Below are positions 1 through 10,400 of a stretch of 32,000 nucleotides of DNA, one piece after another (the first letter of the stretch is position 1; the number at the start of each line of letters is the position of its first letter). Source of the stretch: Mycobacterium tuberculosis H37Rv. GTDB taxonomy: Bacteria; Actinomycetota; Actinomycetes; Mycobacteriales; Mycobacteriaceae. The position numbers and the translations under genes were made by a program. The stretch is from assembly GCF_000195955.2 (NCBI RefSeq), contig NC_000962.3, positions 2,790,001 through 2,822,000 on the forward strand, read 5' to 3'. The notes beneath the pieces were generated by a model that saw only the letters and a program-made list of their open reading frames with translations, did no database searches and was not told where the DNA came from.

Positions 1-1022
1 ATGACCGGGTCAACCTGGTTGCGGTGGTTGAAGATAAAGACGGCGGGCCGCTGGGCGGTCAGATTCTCTTTTCCGATCACATTCAGGTGCACGCCGCTGG
101 TCGCCAGCAGCAGCTGAGAGAAGGTGGAGGTAAAGAAATTCACGCCGCGGCGCCGGCTACCGGTCAGCACACCGATCCCTACCGCGCCGGCCGCGACCGG
201 GACGATGGTGCTCAGACCGGCAAGTGTCCGCAACTGCCGCCGGATGCCCACACCGCCGCGACTGTTGAACTTCAAGATCGGCCAGCCCCGTCGCTTGGCG
301 ACCGCGGCCATCTTTCCTTCCGGATTGGTCGGTCGCGGATTGCCCACCAGATACATCAGGGCGACGTCCTCGTCACCGTCGGCATAGAAGTAACTGTCTT
401 TGAGATCGATGTCGTGCTCGGCCGCAAAGCGTTGCACCGCAGTGGCTTTGCCCGGACACCACAAAATTGGCTTCAGCACACCCCCGGTGAGTATCCCGTC
501 CTCGTTGGTCTCGAACTTGTTGGTGAGCATGTTGTTGATCCCCAGAAAACGTGCGACTGGGCCAACTTGGATGGTCAGCGCCGACGAGCTGAGGACCACG
601 GTGTGGCCGCGGGCCACGTGAGCCCGGACCAGTTCCCGCATTTCCGGGTAGATCCGGGACTCGATCCGCTGGGCGAATAGCCGCTCGCCGATTTCTTCCA
701 GGTCGGTCAAGAGCCGCCCGGCCAGCGCCGCGGCGGCCTTTCCGATAAGGTCTTCGAACTCGATTCGCCCGAGCGTGTGATTCAGGCCGGCCTGAACCAT
801 ACCGAGCAGCTCGCCCACGCCCATATCGCGGCGCCGCAGCCTCTCCTGGGTGAGGATGACGGCCGTGAAGCCGGCGACCAGCGTGCCGTCCAGGTCGAAA
901 AACGCACCGACCTTCGGGCCGGCAGGACTGGCCAGAATCTCGGCTACCGAACCGGGTAGGCGCAAATCCGGCGCCGACTTCCGCGTCGCCCGCTCTTCCC
1001 CCTGCTCGTCAGCGGCGCTCAT
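1..1022 (-). CDS. plsC: C-terminally truncated (by window edge) bifunctional HAD-phosphatase/1-acylglycerol-3-phosphate acyltransferase, Rv2483c-like
   Basis: Minus-strand reading from ATG at 1022 gives MSAADEQGEERATRKSAPDLRLPGSVAEILASPAGPKVGAFFDLDGTLVAGF..., containing the HAD motif DLDGT. The frame continues to the left edge. Start overlaps the TGA of the next upstream gene by 4 bp (ATGA). Symbol from recalled synteny; the acyltransferase part was not seen in full. Confidence 0.8.
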   Translation of the reverse strand, partial: MSAADEQGEERATRKSAPDLRLPGSVAEILASPAGPKVGAFFDLDGTLVAGFTAVILTQERLRRRDMGVGELLGMVQAGLNHTLGRIEFEDLIGKAAAALAGRLLTDLEEIGERLFAQRIESRIYPEMRELVRAHVARGHTVVLSSSALTIQVGPVARFLGINNMLTNKFETNEDGILTGGVLKPILWCPGKATAVQRFAAEHDIDLKDSYFYADGDEDVALMYLVGNPRPTNPEGKMAAVAKRRGWPILKFNSRGGVGIRRQLRTLAGLSTIVPVAAGAVGIGVLTGSRRRGVNFFTSTFSQLLLATSGVHLNVIGKENLTAQRPAVFIFNHRNQVDPV

Positions 1023-2494
1023 GAGCCCGACACCGATCGAGGCACTGAACCGGCTCCTTGAGTATCGAACGACGCCGGCAGCACACGCGGTGCCGGACCA
1101 CCGGCCAGCGCAAGGATTTCGTCGAAACCCGCCTGCAGGCATTGAGCGAACAACTCGTCGTTTCGCACCGACGCCCTGTCGTAGCGCACCGTGACGGTGC
1201 ACCACCCGCCCCGGGAAATTAGCACTACCATCATCGCCACACCGGGCAACGGTCCAATACCGTACTGCCGCAGTATCTTCGCGCCGGCAAGGTAGGTATC
1301 CCCTGGGTAGACCGGAACATTGCTGGCTTGCACATCGGAACCGATCACCGAACCGGTGATCCCCTCCAGCACGGCCGTCGGCAAGACACTCAGCACCGGT
1401 GCAATGGAACCGATGATGTTCATCGCGGGCTCGTCGCGACGCTGGGTCATCTGCGCCCGGATCTTCTTCATCCGAGCCACCGGATCGATAGTGCCCACCG
1501 GCGCCGCCAGGTTGACACCGGTGAACTGGTTGCCGCCGGCCGCATCGCCCTCGGCCCGCAGGTTGACCGGCACCGCCATCGGCAGCGTGCTGATCGGCAC
1601 GCCCAGGGCCTCGTGGTAGCGGCGCAGCGCGCCACACAGACCCGCAAGGTAGGCGTCGTTGATCGACCCGCCGCCGGCCTTTGCGGCCTTGTGCAGGTCG
1701 GCGAGCCGGATGTCGATGGCCTCGGTACGGGTGGTCAGGCTGCGCCGGCGCAGTAGGGGTGAGGGTTCAGCAGCTCGGTTCAGCACCCGGATGCCCGACC
1801 TGGCGTAGCCCAAGATCCCCGACACGGTGGACACCGGTTCCAGAACAGCCCGCCCGGCCATCGATACCGCCCCGGACAGCGCGTCCAGGACACCGCCGAC
1901 GACAGCAATTGGCAGGTGGTTGATGCCCCGGCGCATCAGGTCATTGGGGGACAGATCCTCCGGAATGGGTTGCGGCGGCGTCGACCTAGGTGGTGGATCG
2001 CGCTCGAGGTCATAGATCTGCGCGAACATCTCCACGCCGCCGACACCGTCGGTGACCGCATGGCTGACGTGCAGCAGCATCGCCGCTCTGCCGTCAGCCA
2101 TACCCTCCACCAGGGTGGCCGTCCACAGCGGGCGCGATATGTCCAGCGGCGACTGCAGAATCACCTCGGCGAGATCGAGCACTTCGCGCAACGTGGCGGG
2201 TCCGGACACACGCACCCGACGCACATGGAAGTCCAGATTGAAGTCCGGATCCACCACCCAGCGCGGGGCCGCGGTCGGCAAGGTCGGCACCACCACCTTC
2301 TGCCGCAGCCGCAACACCCGTCGCGAGGCGTTTTCGAATCGGGTCCGGAAGCGATCCCAGTCCGGCGTGCCGTCCAGCAGTTCCAGCGCCATGATCCCCG
2401 AACGAGTCCGCGGATTTGCCTCGCCCCGATGCATCAAATAGTCGACCGGCCCAAGCTCGTCGGACAACCTGGGGGACTCGCCGGACTCAGCCAT
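1019..2494 (-). CDS. Wax ester synthase/diacylglycerol acyltransferase (WS/DGAT) family protein, 491 aa, Rv2484c-like
   Basis: ORF starting MAESGESPRLSDELGPVDYLMHRGEANPRTRSG. Internal SHAVTDG (HHxxxDG-type motif), PLWTATLVEG, and NxxPxVxPVNLR-like blocks typical of the family. Confidence 0.9.
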   Translation of the reverse strand: MAESGESPRLSDELGPVDYLMHRGEANPRTRSGIMALELLDGTPDWDRFRTRFENASRRVLRLRQKVVVPTLPTAAPRWVVDPDFNLDFHVRRVRVSGPATLREVLDLAEVILQSPLDISRPLWTATLVEGMADGRAAMLLHVSHAVTDGVGGVEMFAQIYDLERDPPPRSTPPQPIPEDLSPNDLMRRGINHLPIAVVGGVLDALSGAVSMAGRAVLEPVSTVSGILGYARSGIRVLNRAAEPSPLLRRRSLTTRTEAIDIRLADLHKAAKAGGGSINDAYLAGLCGALRRYHEALGVPISTLPMAVPVNLRAEGDAAGGNQFTGVNLAAPVGTIDPVARMKKIRAQMTQRRDEPAMNIIGSIAPVLSVLPTAVLEGITGSVIGSDVQASNVPVYPGDTYLAGAKILRQYGIGPLPGVAMMVVLISRGGWCTVTVRYDRASVRNDELFAQCLQAGFDEILALAGGPAPRVLPASFDTQGAGSVPRSVSGS

Positions 2495-2722
2495 GGCCAC
2501 GACCCCGCGCGGGTTGGGCAACTCGACGCACAAACTCTGTCACCGCCGATCAGACCTCCTGCTTCAAACCCGCCACCGCCACGCACCACAGTGCCAACAC
2601 AACGCTAGTCGCGATGACGCGGTGGTGAAAGCCGATGCGGGCCATGATCCACCCGCAGCACCGATGCCGCGGCCACGACCGACGAAACCTCGTGTTGGGC
2701 AGCCGAGTTGGAACGGCCAAGC

Positions 2723-3988
2723 TCAGCTGGCCGGAGGTGACGACAGCGCCAGCGAACCCTTGCGAGCACCCATCCGTCGCCCGTAGATCACACCCAAGAA
2801 GTCCGAGACCGCTTCGGCGACCATCCGCGATCGGACCGTGGCGGCGAGGTCGAACGCGTGGTGGGCGTTGGGGAGCTCAGCGTAGGACACCGTCGCGGCA
2901 CCCGCGTCGCGCAGCGCCGCGCTGAAGGCGCGAGATTGCGCGCTCGGCACCATCGGATCCTTCTCACCGTGCAACACGAAGAACGGCGGAGCCTCGCTGT
3001 GGACGTACGAAATCGGCGACGCCGCCTTGAACAGCCCCGGGTTGTCGACGTAGCGGCTACGCATCACGAAGTGCTCCAGGAACGGCATCATCATTTCGTG
3101 CATATTCTCGGCGTTGGTGAGGTCGTAGACGCCGTAGTAGGGCGCCGCGGCTTGTACCGCCGTGTCGGCGCTTTCGAAGCCCGGCTGCAGCGCCGGATCA
3201 TTCGCCGAAAGCGCGGCCAACGCGGCCAGGTGCGCACCGGCGGACCCGCCGGTGATCGTGATGAAATCCGGATCGCCGCCATAGTCGGCGATGTTCTCGC
3301 GAACCCACGCAATCGCCCTCTTCACGTCCACAATGTGCGCCGGCCACGTGCACCGTGGGCTCTTGCTGTAGTTGATCGACACACAGATCCAGCCGAGTTC
3401 CACCATCCGGCTCATCAACGGGTAAGCCTGAGGGCGTTTGCCGTTGATGGTCCACGCCCCGCCCGGGACCTGGATGAGGACCGGAGCCCGGCGGCCGGGC
3501 GCTAAATCGGGACGCCGCCAGATGTCGAGTAGATTCTCGCGGCCGCCGGGCCCGTACGGGATGTCGGAGGTCTGGGCCGCATAGCGGCGATGGGGTCCGG
3601 GAATGTGCGGTAGGTTCAGCAGCCCGCTGCGCCGGGCAGCCTCTGACTGTTCGCCGGTCGGATGCCACACTAGGTCACGGAAATCCGGGCCGAAAGCGTC
3701 CACGAGCGCCGCGTGCAGGATTTGATCCGCCCGCTGCGCCGCCCAGCTGGTGCCAAACCGGCCGATCGAGCGTGGTGATATGCGGGACAGCGCGTGGCCG
3801 GTGACGACGCGGGCCGGAAACTCCGCGGACAACCATCCTGCGACCCAACCGATGGCGCACGGTGATCCACGCAGCAGCAGGGCGCCGGCCCGGCAGGTGT
3901 CTCTGGCGTCGGCCGCCAGCTGCGCTCCCTGGCGCAATGCCTCGGCGCCGGCCCGCGAGCACCGCGAAGTCACGCTGGCGATGTGCAT
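2723..3988 (-). CDS. lipQ: Alpha/beta-hydrolase carboxylesterase/lipase, 421 aa, Rv2485c-like
   Basis: Contains GGSAGAHLAAL nucleophile elbow, HGEKDPMVP acid region, NAHHAFD histidine region, and PGGAWTINGKRPQAYPLM oxyanion region. Confidence 0.88.
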   Translation of the reverse strand: MHIASVTSRCSRAGAEALRQGAQLAADARDTCRAGALLLRGSPCAIGWVAGWLSAEFPARVVTGHALSRISPRSIGRFGTSWAAQRADQILHAALVDAFGPDFRDLVWHPTGEQSEAARRSGLLNLPHIPGPHRRYAAQTSDIPYGPGGRENLLDIWRRPDLAPGRRAPVLIQVPGGAWTINGKRPQAYPLMSRMVELGWICVSINYSKSPRCTWPAHIVDVKRAIAWVRENIADYGGDPDFITITGGSAGAHLAALAALSANDPALQPGFESADTAVQAAAPYYGVYDLTNAENMHEMMMPFLEHFVMRSRYVDNPGLFKAASPISYVHSEAPPFFVLHGEKDPMVPSAQSRAFSAALRDAGAATVSYAELPNAHHAFDLAATVRSRMVAEAVSDFLGVIYGRRMGARKGSLALSSPPAS

Positions 3989-4153
3989 AACAAAGCCCAC
4001 CCCTCGACGTCAGGCACACGCATCGTTGCGGTAAACGGCTGGTTGCCAGCCGGTTTTGTACGTGTGTCGAGGATCACACAATAACCAATAATTGACGTGG
4101 CGGTAGACCTTTCGCGCGTGTGGCGTCTGGAAAAATTCCTCGACGGCCACCGT

Positions 4154-4163
4154 TAGATAAACT
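4154..4163 (+). promoter_or_regulatory. Putative -10 element of the tRNA-Arg promoter
   Basis: TAGATAAACT contains TANNNT (TAAACT, 4158-4163) about 12 nt before the mature tRNA 5' end. No convincing -35 at standard spacing. Confidence 0.35.
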
Positions 4164-4175
4164 GACCTGCGCATC

Positions 4176-4249
4176 GCCTCCGTAGCTCAGGTGGATAGAG
4201 CAAGGGCCTTCTAATCCCTAGGTCGCACGTTCGAGTCGTGCCGGGGGCA
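4176..4249 (+). tRNA. tRNA-Arg, anticodon TCT
   Basis: Manual fold: acceptor GCCTCCG/CGGGGGC (one G-U), D stem GCTC/GAGC, anticodon loop CTTCTAA, T arm GCACG-TTCGAGT-CGTGC, discriminator A, no encoded CCA. The last anticodon stem pair (C31-U39) is a mismatch. Confidence 0.93.
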
Positions 4250-4349
4250 CTGTGGAAATAGCAGGTCAGCATGGTGGCGTGGCTTGACACCGCCTCGTTA
4301 TGGGTCGACGCCCAGAGTCGCCTTCAAACTCAAACCACGGAGGTGCCCG

Positions 4350-5120
4350 ATGGCCCAATACGACCCGGTCTTGCTCAGCGTCGACAAGCACGTTGCGCTC
4401 ATCACGGTCAACGACCCGGACCGACGGAACGCCGTCACCGACGAGATGTCGGCGCAGTTGCGTGCGGCGATCCAACGCGCCGAAGGCGACCCCGACGTAC
4501 ACGCCGTAGTCGTGACCGGGGCGGGCAAGGCCTTCTGCGCCGGGGCCGACCTGAGTGCGCTGGGCGCCGGGGTCGGCGATCCAGCCGAGCCGAGATTGTT
4601 ACGGCTCTACGACGGTTTCATGGCCGTCAGTAGTTGTAATCTGCCCACCATCGCCGCGGTCAACGGCGCGGCTGTGGGCGCCGGACTCAATCTGGCGTTG
4701 GCCGCCGATGTGCGCATCGCCGGACCGGCCGCATTGTTCGACGCCCGCTTCCAAAAGCTGGGACTGCATCCAGGTGGCGGCGCAACCTGGATGCTGCAGC
4801 GAGCGGTGGGTCCGCAGGTCGCCCGTGCGGCCTTATTGTTCGGCATGTGCTTCGACGCCGAATCCGCTGTGCGGCACGGCTTGGCGCTAATGGTTGCCGA
4901 CGATCCCGTCACCGCGGCGCTGGAGCTGGCCGCCGGGCCCGCAGCCGCCCCGCGCGAGGTCGTGCTGGCGAGCAAAGCCACCATGCGCGCCACAGCCAGC
5001 CCCGGATCGCTGGACCTTGAGCAACACGAACTCGCCAAACGCTTAGAACTTGGGCCGCAGGCGAAATCGGTCCAGTCGCCCGAGTTCGCCGCTCGCTTGG
5101 CTGCCGCTCAACACAGGTAG
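4350..5120 (+). CDS. echA14: Enoyl-CoA hydratase/isomerase (crotonase) family, 256 aa, Rv2486-like
   Basis: [37 protein letters not shown]..., [20 protein letters not shown] and [24 protein letters not shown] crotonase motifs. GGAGGTG ribosome-binding site just upstream. Confidence 0.93.
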
Positions 5121-5182
5121 CGCCTACCAGCCTCGAGGGTTTCCATGGCGTGCCCCAGTCCGAAGCTGCTGCTGCTTGACTC

Positions 5183-5205
5183 CGCGCGCTGGGCCCGAGC
5201 GCGCG
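5183..5205. terminator. GC-rich hairpin between convergent echA14 and PE_PGRS42
   Basis: CGCGCGCT-GGGCCCG-AGCGCGCG: 8-bp perfect stem and 7-nt loop, 3' of both convergent genes. No U tract. Confidence 0.4.
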
Positions 5206-5300
5206 CTGTTGTACGGCCCAAACGGCGTGTCGGTGTACAGTCGCGCGCTCGCGGCTTCAGTCCGGCCCCCCGACTCCGGCAGGCCCGACGGCGCCCAGCG

Positions 5301-7385
5301 CTAGCCGGGCGCGCCGGCCATGCCTTCGGTGCCGGAAACGCCAGGGGACCCGGGGCCGTTGGTGAGGCCCCCCGCGCCTGCCTCACCGCCGCTACCGCCC
5401 GCGCCACCGGCACCGCCTGCGCCGCCCGCGCCACCGATACCGTCAGCGCCGCTGACTCCTGCGGCACCGCTGAGGAACCCTCCGGACCCACCCGCACCGC
5501 CGGCAATACCGCCAGCGCCACCGTTACCGCCGTTTGCGCCGTTGCCCCCGTTGCCGCCCGTCCCGCCGGCCCCGCCGATGGAGTTCTCATCGCCAAAAGT
5601 ACTGGCGTTGCCACCGGAGCCGCCGTTGCCGCCGTCACCGCCAGCCCCGCCGACTCCACCGGCCCCACCGACTCCGCCGCTGCCACCGTTGCCGCCGTTG
5701 CCGATCAACATGCCGCTGGCGCCACCCTTGCCACCCACGCCACCGGCTCCGCCCACCCCGCCGACACCAAGCGAGCTGCCGCCGGAGCCACCATCACCAC
5801 CTACGCCACCGACCGCCCAGACACCAGCGACCGGGTCTTCGTGAAACGTCGCGGTGCCACCACCGCCGCCGTTACCGCCAACCCCACCGGCAACGCCGGC
5901 GCCGCCATCCCCGCCGGCCCCGGCGTTGCCGCCGTTGCCGCCGTTGCCGAACAACAACCCGCCGGCGCCGCCGTTGCCGCCCGCGCCGCCGGTCCCGCCG
6001 GCGCCGCCGACGCCAAGGCCGCTGCCGCCCTTGCCGCCATCACCACCCTTGCCGCCGACCACATCGGGTTCTGCCTCGGGGTCTGGGCTGTCAAACCTCG
6101 CGATGCCAGCGTTGCCGCCGCTTCCCCCGGGCCCCCCCGTGGCGCCGTCACCACCGATACCACCCGCGCCACCGGCGCCACCGTTGCCGCCATCACCGAA
6201 TAGCAACCCGCCGGCGCCACCATTGCCGCCAGCTCCCCCTGCGCCACCGTCGGCGCCGGAGGCGGCACTGGCAGCCCCGTTACCACCGAAACCGCCGCTA
6301 CCACCGGTAGAGGTGGCAGTGGCGATGTGTACGAAAGCGCCGCCTCCGGCGCCGCCGCTACCACCCCCACTGCCGGCGGCTACACCGTCGGACCCGTTGC
6401 CACCATCACCGCCAAAGGCGCTCGCAATGTCGCCCTGCGCGACTCCGCCGTCGCCGCCGTTGCCGCCGCCGCCACCGGCAGCGGCGGTACCGCCGTCACC
6501 ACCGGCACCGCCGGTGGCCTTGCCCGAGCCTGCCGTCGCGGTGGCACCGTCGCCGCCGGTGCCACCGGTCGGCGTGCCGGCAGTGCCATGGCCGCCCGTG
6601 CCGCCGTCGCCGCCGGTTTGATCACCGATGCCGGACACATCTGCCGGGCTGTCCCCGGTGCTGGCCGCGGGGCCGGGCGTGGGATTGACCCCGTTTGCCC
6701 CGGCGAGGCCGGCGCCGCCGGTACCACCGGCGCCGCCATGGCCGAACAGCCCGGCGTTGCCGCCGTTACCGCCCGCACCCCCGATGCCTGCGGCCACGCT
6801 GGTGCCGCCGACACCGCCGTTGCCGCCGTTGCCCCACAACCACCCCCCGTTCCCACCGGCACCGCCGGCCGCGCCGGTACCACCGGCCCCGCCGTTGCCG
6901 CCGTTGCCGATCAACCCGGCCGCGCCTCCGCTGCCGCCGGTTTGACCGAACCCGCCAGCCGCGCCGTTGCCACCGTTGCCAAACAGCAACCCGCCGGCCG
7001 CGCCAGGCTGCCCGGGTGCCGTCCCGTCGGCGCCGTTTCCGATCAACGGGCGCCCCAAAAGCGCCTCGGTGGGCGCATTCACCGCACCCAGCAGACTCCG
7101 CTCAACAGCGGCCTCAGTGCTGGCATACCGACCCGCGGCCGCAGTCAACGCCTGCACAAACTGCTCGTGAAACGCTGCCACCTGTACGCTGAGCGCCTGA
7201 TACTGCCGAGCATGGGCCCCGAACAACCCCGCAATCGCCGCCGACACTTCATCGGCAGCCGCAGCCACCACTTCCGTCGTCGGCATCGCCGCGGCCGCAT
7301 TAGCCGCGCTCACCTGCGAACCAATACTCGCTAAATCCAAAGCCGCAGTTGCCAGCAGCTGCGGCGTCGCGATCACCAACGACAC
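5301..7385 (-). CDS. PE_PGRS42: PE_PGRS family protein, 694 aa
   Basis: N-terminal PE domain [66 protein letters not shown]..., then the [11 protein letters not shown] linker and Gly-Gly-Ala/Asn repeats. Confidence 0.95.
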   Translation of the reverse strand: MSLVIATPQLLATAALDLASIGSQVSAANAAAAMPTTEVVAAAADEVSAAIAGLFGAHARQYQALSVQVAAFHEQFVQALTAAAGRYASTEAAVERSLLGAVNAPTEALLGRPLIGNGADGTAPGQPGAAGGLLFGNGGNGAAGGFGQTGGSGGAAGLIGNGGNGGAGGTGAAGGAGGNGGWLWGNGGNGGVGGTSVAAGIGGAGGNGGNAGLFGHGGAGGTGGAGLAGANGVNPTPGPAASTGDSPADVSGIGDQTGGDGGTGGHGTAGTPTGGTGGDGATATAGSGKATGGAGGDGGTAAAGGGGGNGGDGGVAQGDIASAFGGDGGNGSDGVAAGSGGGSGGAGGGAFVHIATATSTGGSGGFGGNGAASAASGADGGAGGAGGNGGAGGLLFGDGGNGGAGGAGGIGGDGATGGPGGSGGNAGIARFDSPDPEAEPDVVGGKGGDGGKGGSGLGVGGAGGTGGAGGNGGAGGLLFGNGGNGGNAGAGGDGGAGVAGGVGGNGGGGGTATFHEDPVAGVWAVGGVGGDGGSGGSSLGVGGVGGAGGVGGKGGASGMLIGNGGNGGSGGVGGAGGVGGAGGDGGNGGSGGNASTFGDENSIGGAGGTGGNGGNGANGGNGGAGGIAGGAGGSGGFLSGAAGVSGADGIGGAGGAGGAGGAGGSGGEAGAGGLTNGPGSPGVSGTEGMAGAPG

Positions 7386-7466
7386 CTCGCACCTCCCGAT
7401 ACCCCATATCGCCGCACCGTGTCCCCAGCGGCCACGTGACCTTTGGTCGCTGGCTGGCGGCCCTGA

Positions 7467-10400
7467 CTATGGCCGCGACGGCCCTCGTTCTGATTCGCCC
7501 CGGCGCGCAGCTTGCTGCGCGAGTTGAAGACGGGAGGACAGGCCGAGCTTGGTGTAGACGTGGGTCAAGTGGGAATGCACGGTCCGCGGCGAGATGAATA
7601 GGCGGACGCCGATCTCCTTGTTGCTGAGTCCCTCACCGACCAGTAGAGCCACCTCAAGCTCTGTCGGTGTCAACGCGCCCCAGCCACTTGTCGGGCGTTT
7701 CCGTGCACCGCGGCCTCGTTGCGCGTACGCGATCGCCTCATCGATCGATAACGCAGTTCCTTCGGCCCAGGCATCGTCGAACTCGCTGTCACCCATGGAT
7801 TTTCGAAGGGTGGCTAGCGACGAGTTACAGCCCGCCTGGTAGATCCCGAAGCGGACCGCTCCCATGCGCCCCCGGGCCGCGTCGGCCGCGCCGAACAGCC
7901 GCACCGCTTCCCGGTTGCTGCCGGCATCCGCCATCACCGAGGCGAGGCACTCGAGAATGTCGGGGACCCATAGGTATGCCCCAATGGACGCGGCCACGCC
8001 GAGGGCGTCGTGGGCATCGCGCTCGGCCCGGTGGCGATCCCCTTGGGCGATCTCGATGCGGCAACGGGTAGTCAGGGCGCGGGCGCGGTGCACGCCACGA
8101 GTGATCGACGCTGCGCCGTCGGCCAATCGGTGCGCCGCGTTCAGATCACCTCGCGCACACGATATTTGAGCCGAACTGGTGGGGTCGTTGATGATCGCCG
8201 CCGCGCTGGCACCAAAGAATCGCGTTGCCGATTCGCGGGCGTGTTCGGCGGCCGCGACGTCACCGGCGGCCAGGGTCGCGAAGACCAGCGCGGAGCAGGC
8301 CGAGCCCGACAGCACCGGGCTGAGTCCAACGGCGGTGTCGATGCTGGCTTGGGCGGCGGCGGCCGCCTCGGTGTCGCCGCGGTGCGCTAACGCGTGCGCC
8401 AAGCAAGCCTGGCCCGCGCAGCTGCTAACCATGTCGTGCGCGGCGTCGGACTCGCCGATCACCTCGCGCGACAGGCCGACCGCTGCCTCGAGGTTGCCCT
8501 GCCAGAGATTCGCCGCGGCCAGCGCCCAGCGACATGAACGTGAAAGGAATGCATCACCAATCTCGTCGGCGAGGCTTCGTGCCTCCTCGCCCGCCGCGCG
8601 GGTCGCGCCCGGGTCACCCTCGCCGGCGAACCCGACATAGGCCTGCCAGGCCAGAACCTCGGCCAACCGCCACTTGTCGCCCACCGCCCGGGCCAGGCCG
8701 ACGGCCTCGGCCAGCCACGGTCGCGCCAGATCCGCGTTGTAGGCGGCGACACCCCCGCACGCGGTCAGCGCCCGCGCCAGCAGGGCCGGATCCTCGATGT
8801 CGCGCGCTATAGCCAGCGCCTTCTGGGCATCATCTAGGCGGTCGGTGATGCCGGCCACGGCATCTATCAGGGCCCGGTCGGCCAGTGCCCGCGCATACAA
8901 CCCAGGGTCGGCCCCCGCCGGATGTGCATCGTGGTCGGCCAGGGCGGCGGCGAACCAGGCCAGCCCCTCTTGCAGGCGGCCCCGGGCACGCCACAACGGC
9001 TGCAGACATGATGCCAACAGCAACGCGTGGCCGGTATCGCCATTCTCGCGGCTGAACGCGAAAGCGGCCCGTAGGTTGTCGATCTCGAGCTCGGCCTGGT
9101 TGAGCCGGCGTTCATGGCCGGCCACCGAGGGGGCGTCAAGCCCGGCGGCAACGGCCGCGTAGTGGTCGCGGTGTCGCGCACGCACGGCATCGGCATCGCC
9201 GGATTCACGCAGCTTCTCCAACGCATACTGGCGCACCGTCTCTAGCAGGCGGTAGCGCGTTCGGCCGTCGCTGTCGTCGGTCACCACCAGAGACTTGTCT
9301 GCCAGCAGGCTGAGCAGATCGACCACCTCGTAGCGCTGAACGTCACCGCCGGCGGCTGCCGCTTGGGCACCGTCGAGATCAAACCCGCTCGGGAAAACCG
9401 CCAGTCGCCGAAACAGCACCTGCTCCGGTCCGGTCAGCAGCGCATGTGACCAGTCGACGGAAGCCCGCATCGTCTGCTGGCGGCGCACCGCAATACGCGA
9501 TCCACCGGTCAGCAGGCGGAACCGGTCATGCAAGCTGTCGACGATTTCGGTCAGCGCCAGGGCACGCACCCGCGACGCTGCAAGTTCGATCGCCAGCGGA
9601 ATGCCGTCGAGTCGGTGGCAGATCTCGGTCACCAGGGCGAGGTTGTCGGCAGTGATCTCGAGTTCGGGCCGCGCCTCACGAGCGCGGTCGGTGAACAACT
9701 CGATCGCCTCGCCGTGCCCCAGCGGGGGAACCCGCCAAATCTGCTCACCGGCCACCGCGATCGGTTCCCGGCTGGTCGCCAATACCCTCAGCGCTGGGCA
9801 CGCCCCGAGCAACGCGACGATCAGAGCCGCGCACCCGTCGAGCAAGTGCTCGCAGTTGTCCAGCACTACCAGCATGCGCCGGTCGCCGATACGCCGCACA
9901 ATGGTGTCCACCGTCGAGCGGCCCGGCTGATCCGGCAACCCCAAAACCCGCGCCGCCGCGATCGGCACCAGCGCCGGGTCGGTGATCGGCGCCAGGTTGA
10001 CATACCAAACCCCGTCCGGATAACCGTCGGCAACGGCGCTCGCGACCTGTGTCGCCAGGCGTGTCTTTCCGACCCCGCCGACACCGGTAAGGGTGACCCA
10101 CCGTTTGACGTCCAGCAGCCCACGGACTTGCGCCACTTCGTCGACGCGCCCCACCAGCCGAGTGAGCTGGGCCGGAAGACAGTGCGCACCAACGACTTTC
10201 CGGGTCCGCAGCGGCGGGAACGCGTTGTGCAGATCAGGGTGACACAGCTGCACCACCCGTTCCGGTCGGGGCAGGTCGTCCAGCCGGTAGGTACCGAGGT
10301 CGTTCAGCCACGCGTCCTTGGGCAGCAGGTCAGCAACCAGATCGCTGGTAGTTCCCGACAACACGGTCTGGCCCCCGTGGGCCAGCTCGCGCAGCCGGGC

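Noticed and set aside
24-680. 218-aa + strand ORF at the left edge
   Set aside because: The opposite strand carries the plsC-like HAD/acyltransferase frame; the + frame has no homology signature.
4176-4249. tRNA-Arg considered as the attachment site of an integrated element
   Set aside because: No integrase nearby and no second copy of the tRNA 3' end noticed in the window. The low-GC cassette is about 12 kb away.
5145-7334. Large + strand ORFs opposite PE_PGRS42 (5145..6203, 5534..6310, 6327..7334)
   Set aside because: Same artefact of PGRS triplet repeats read antisense.
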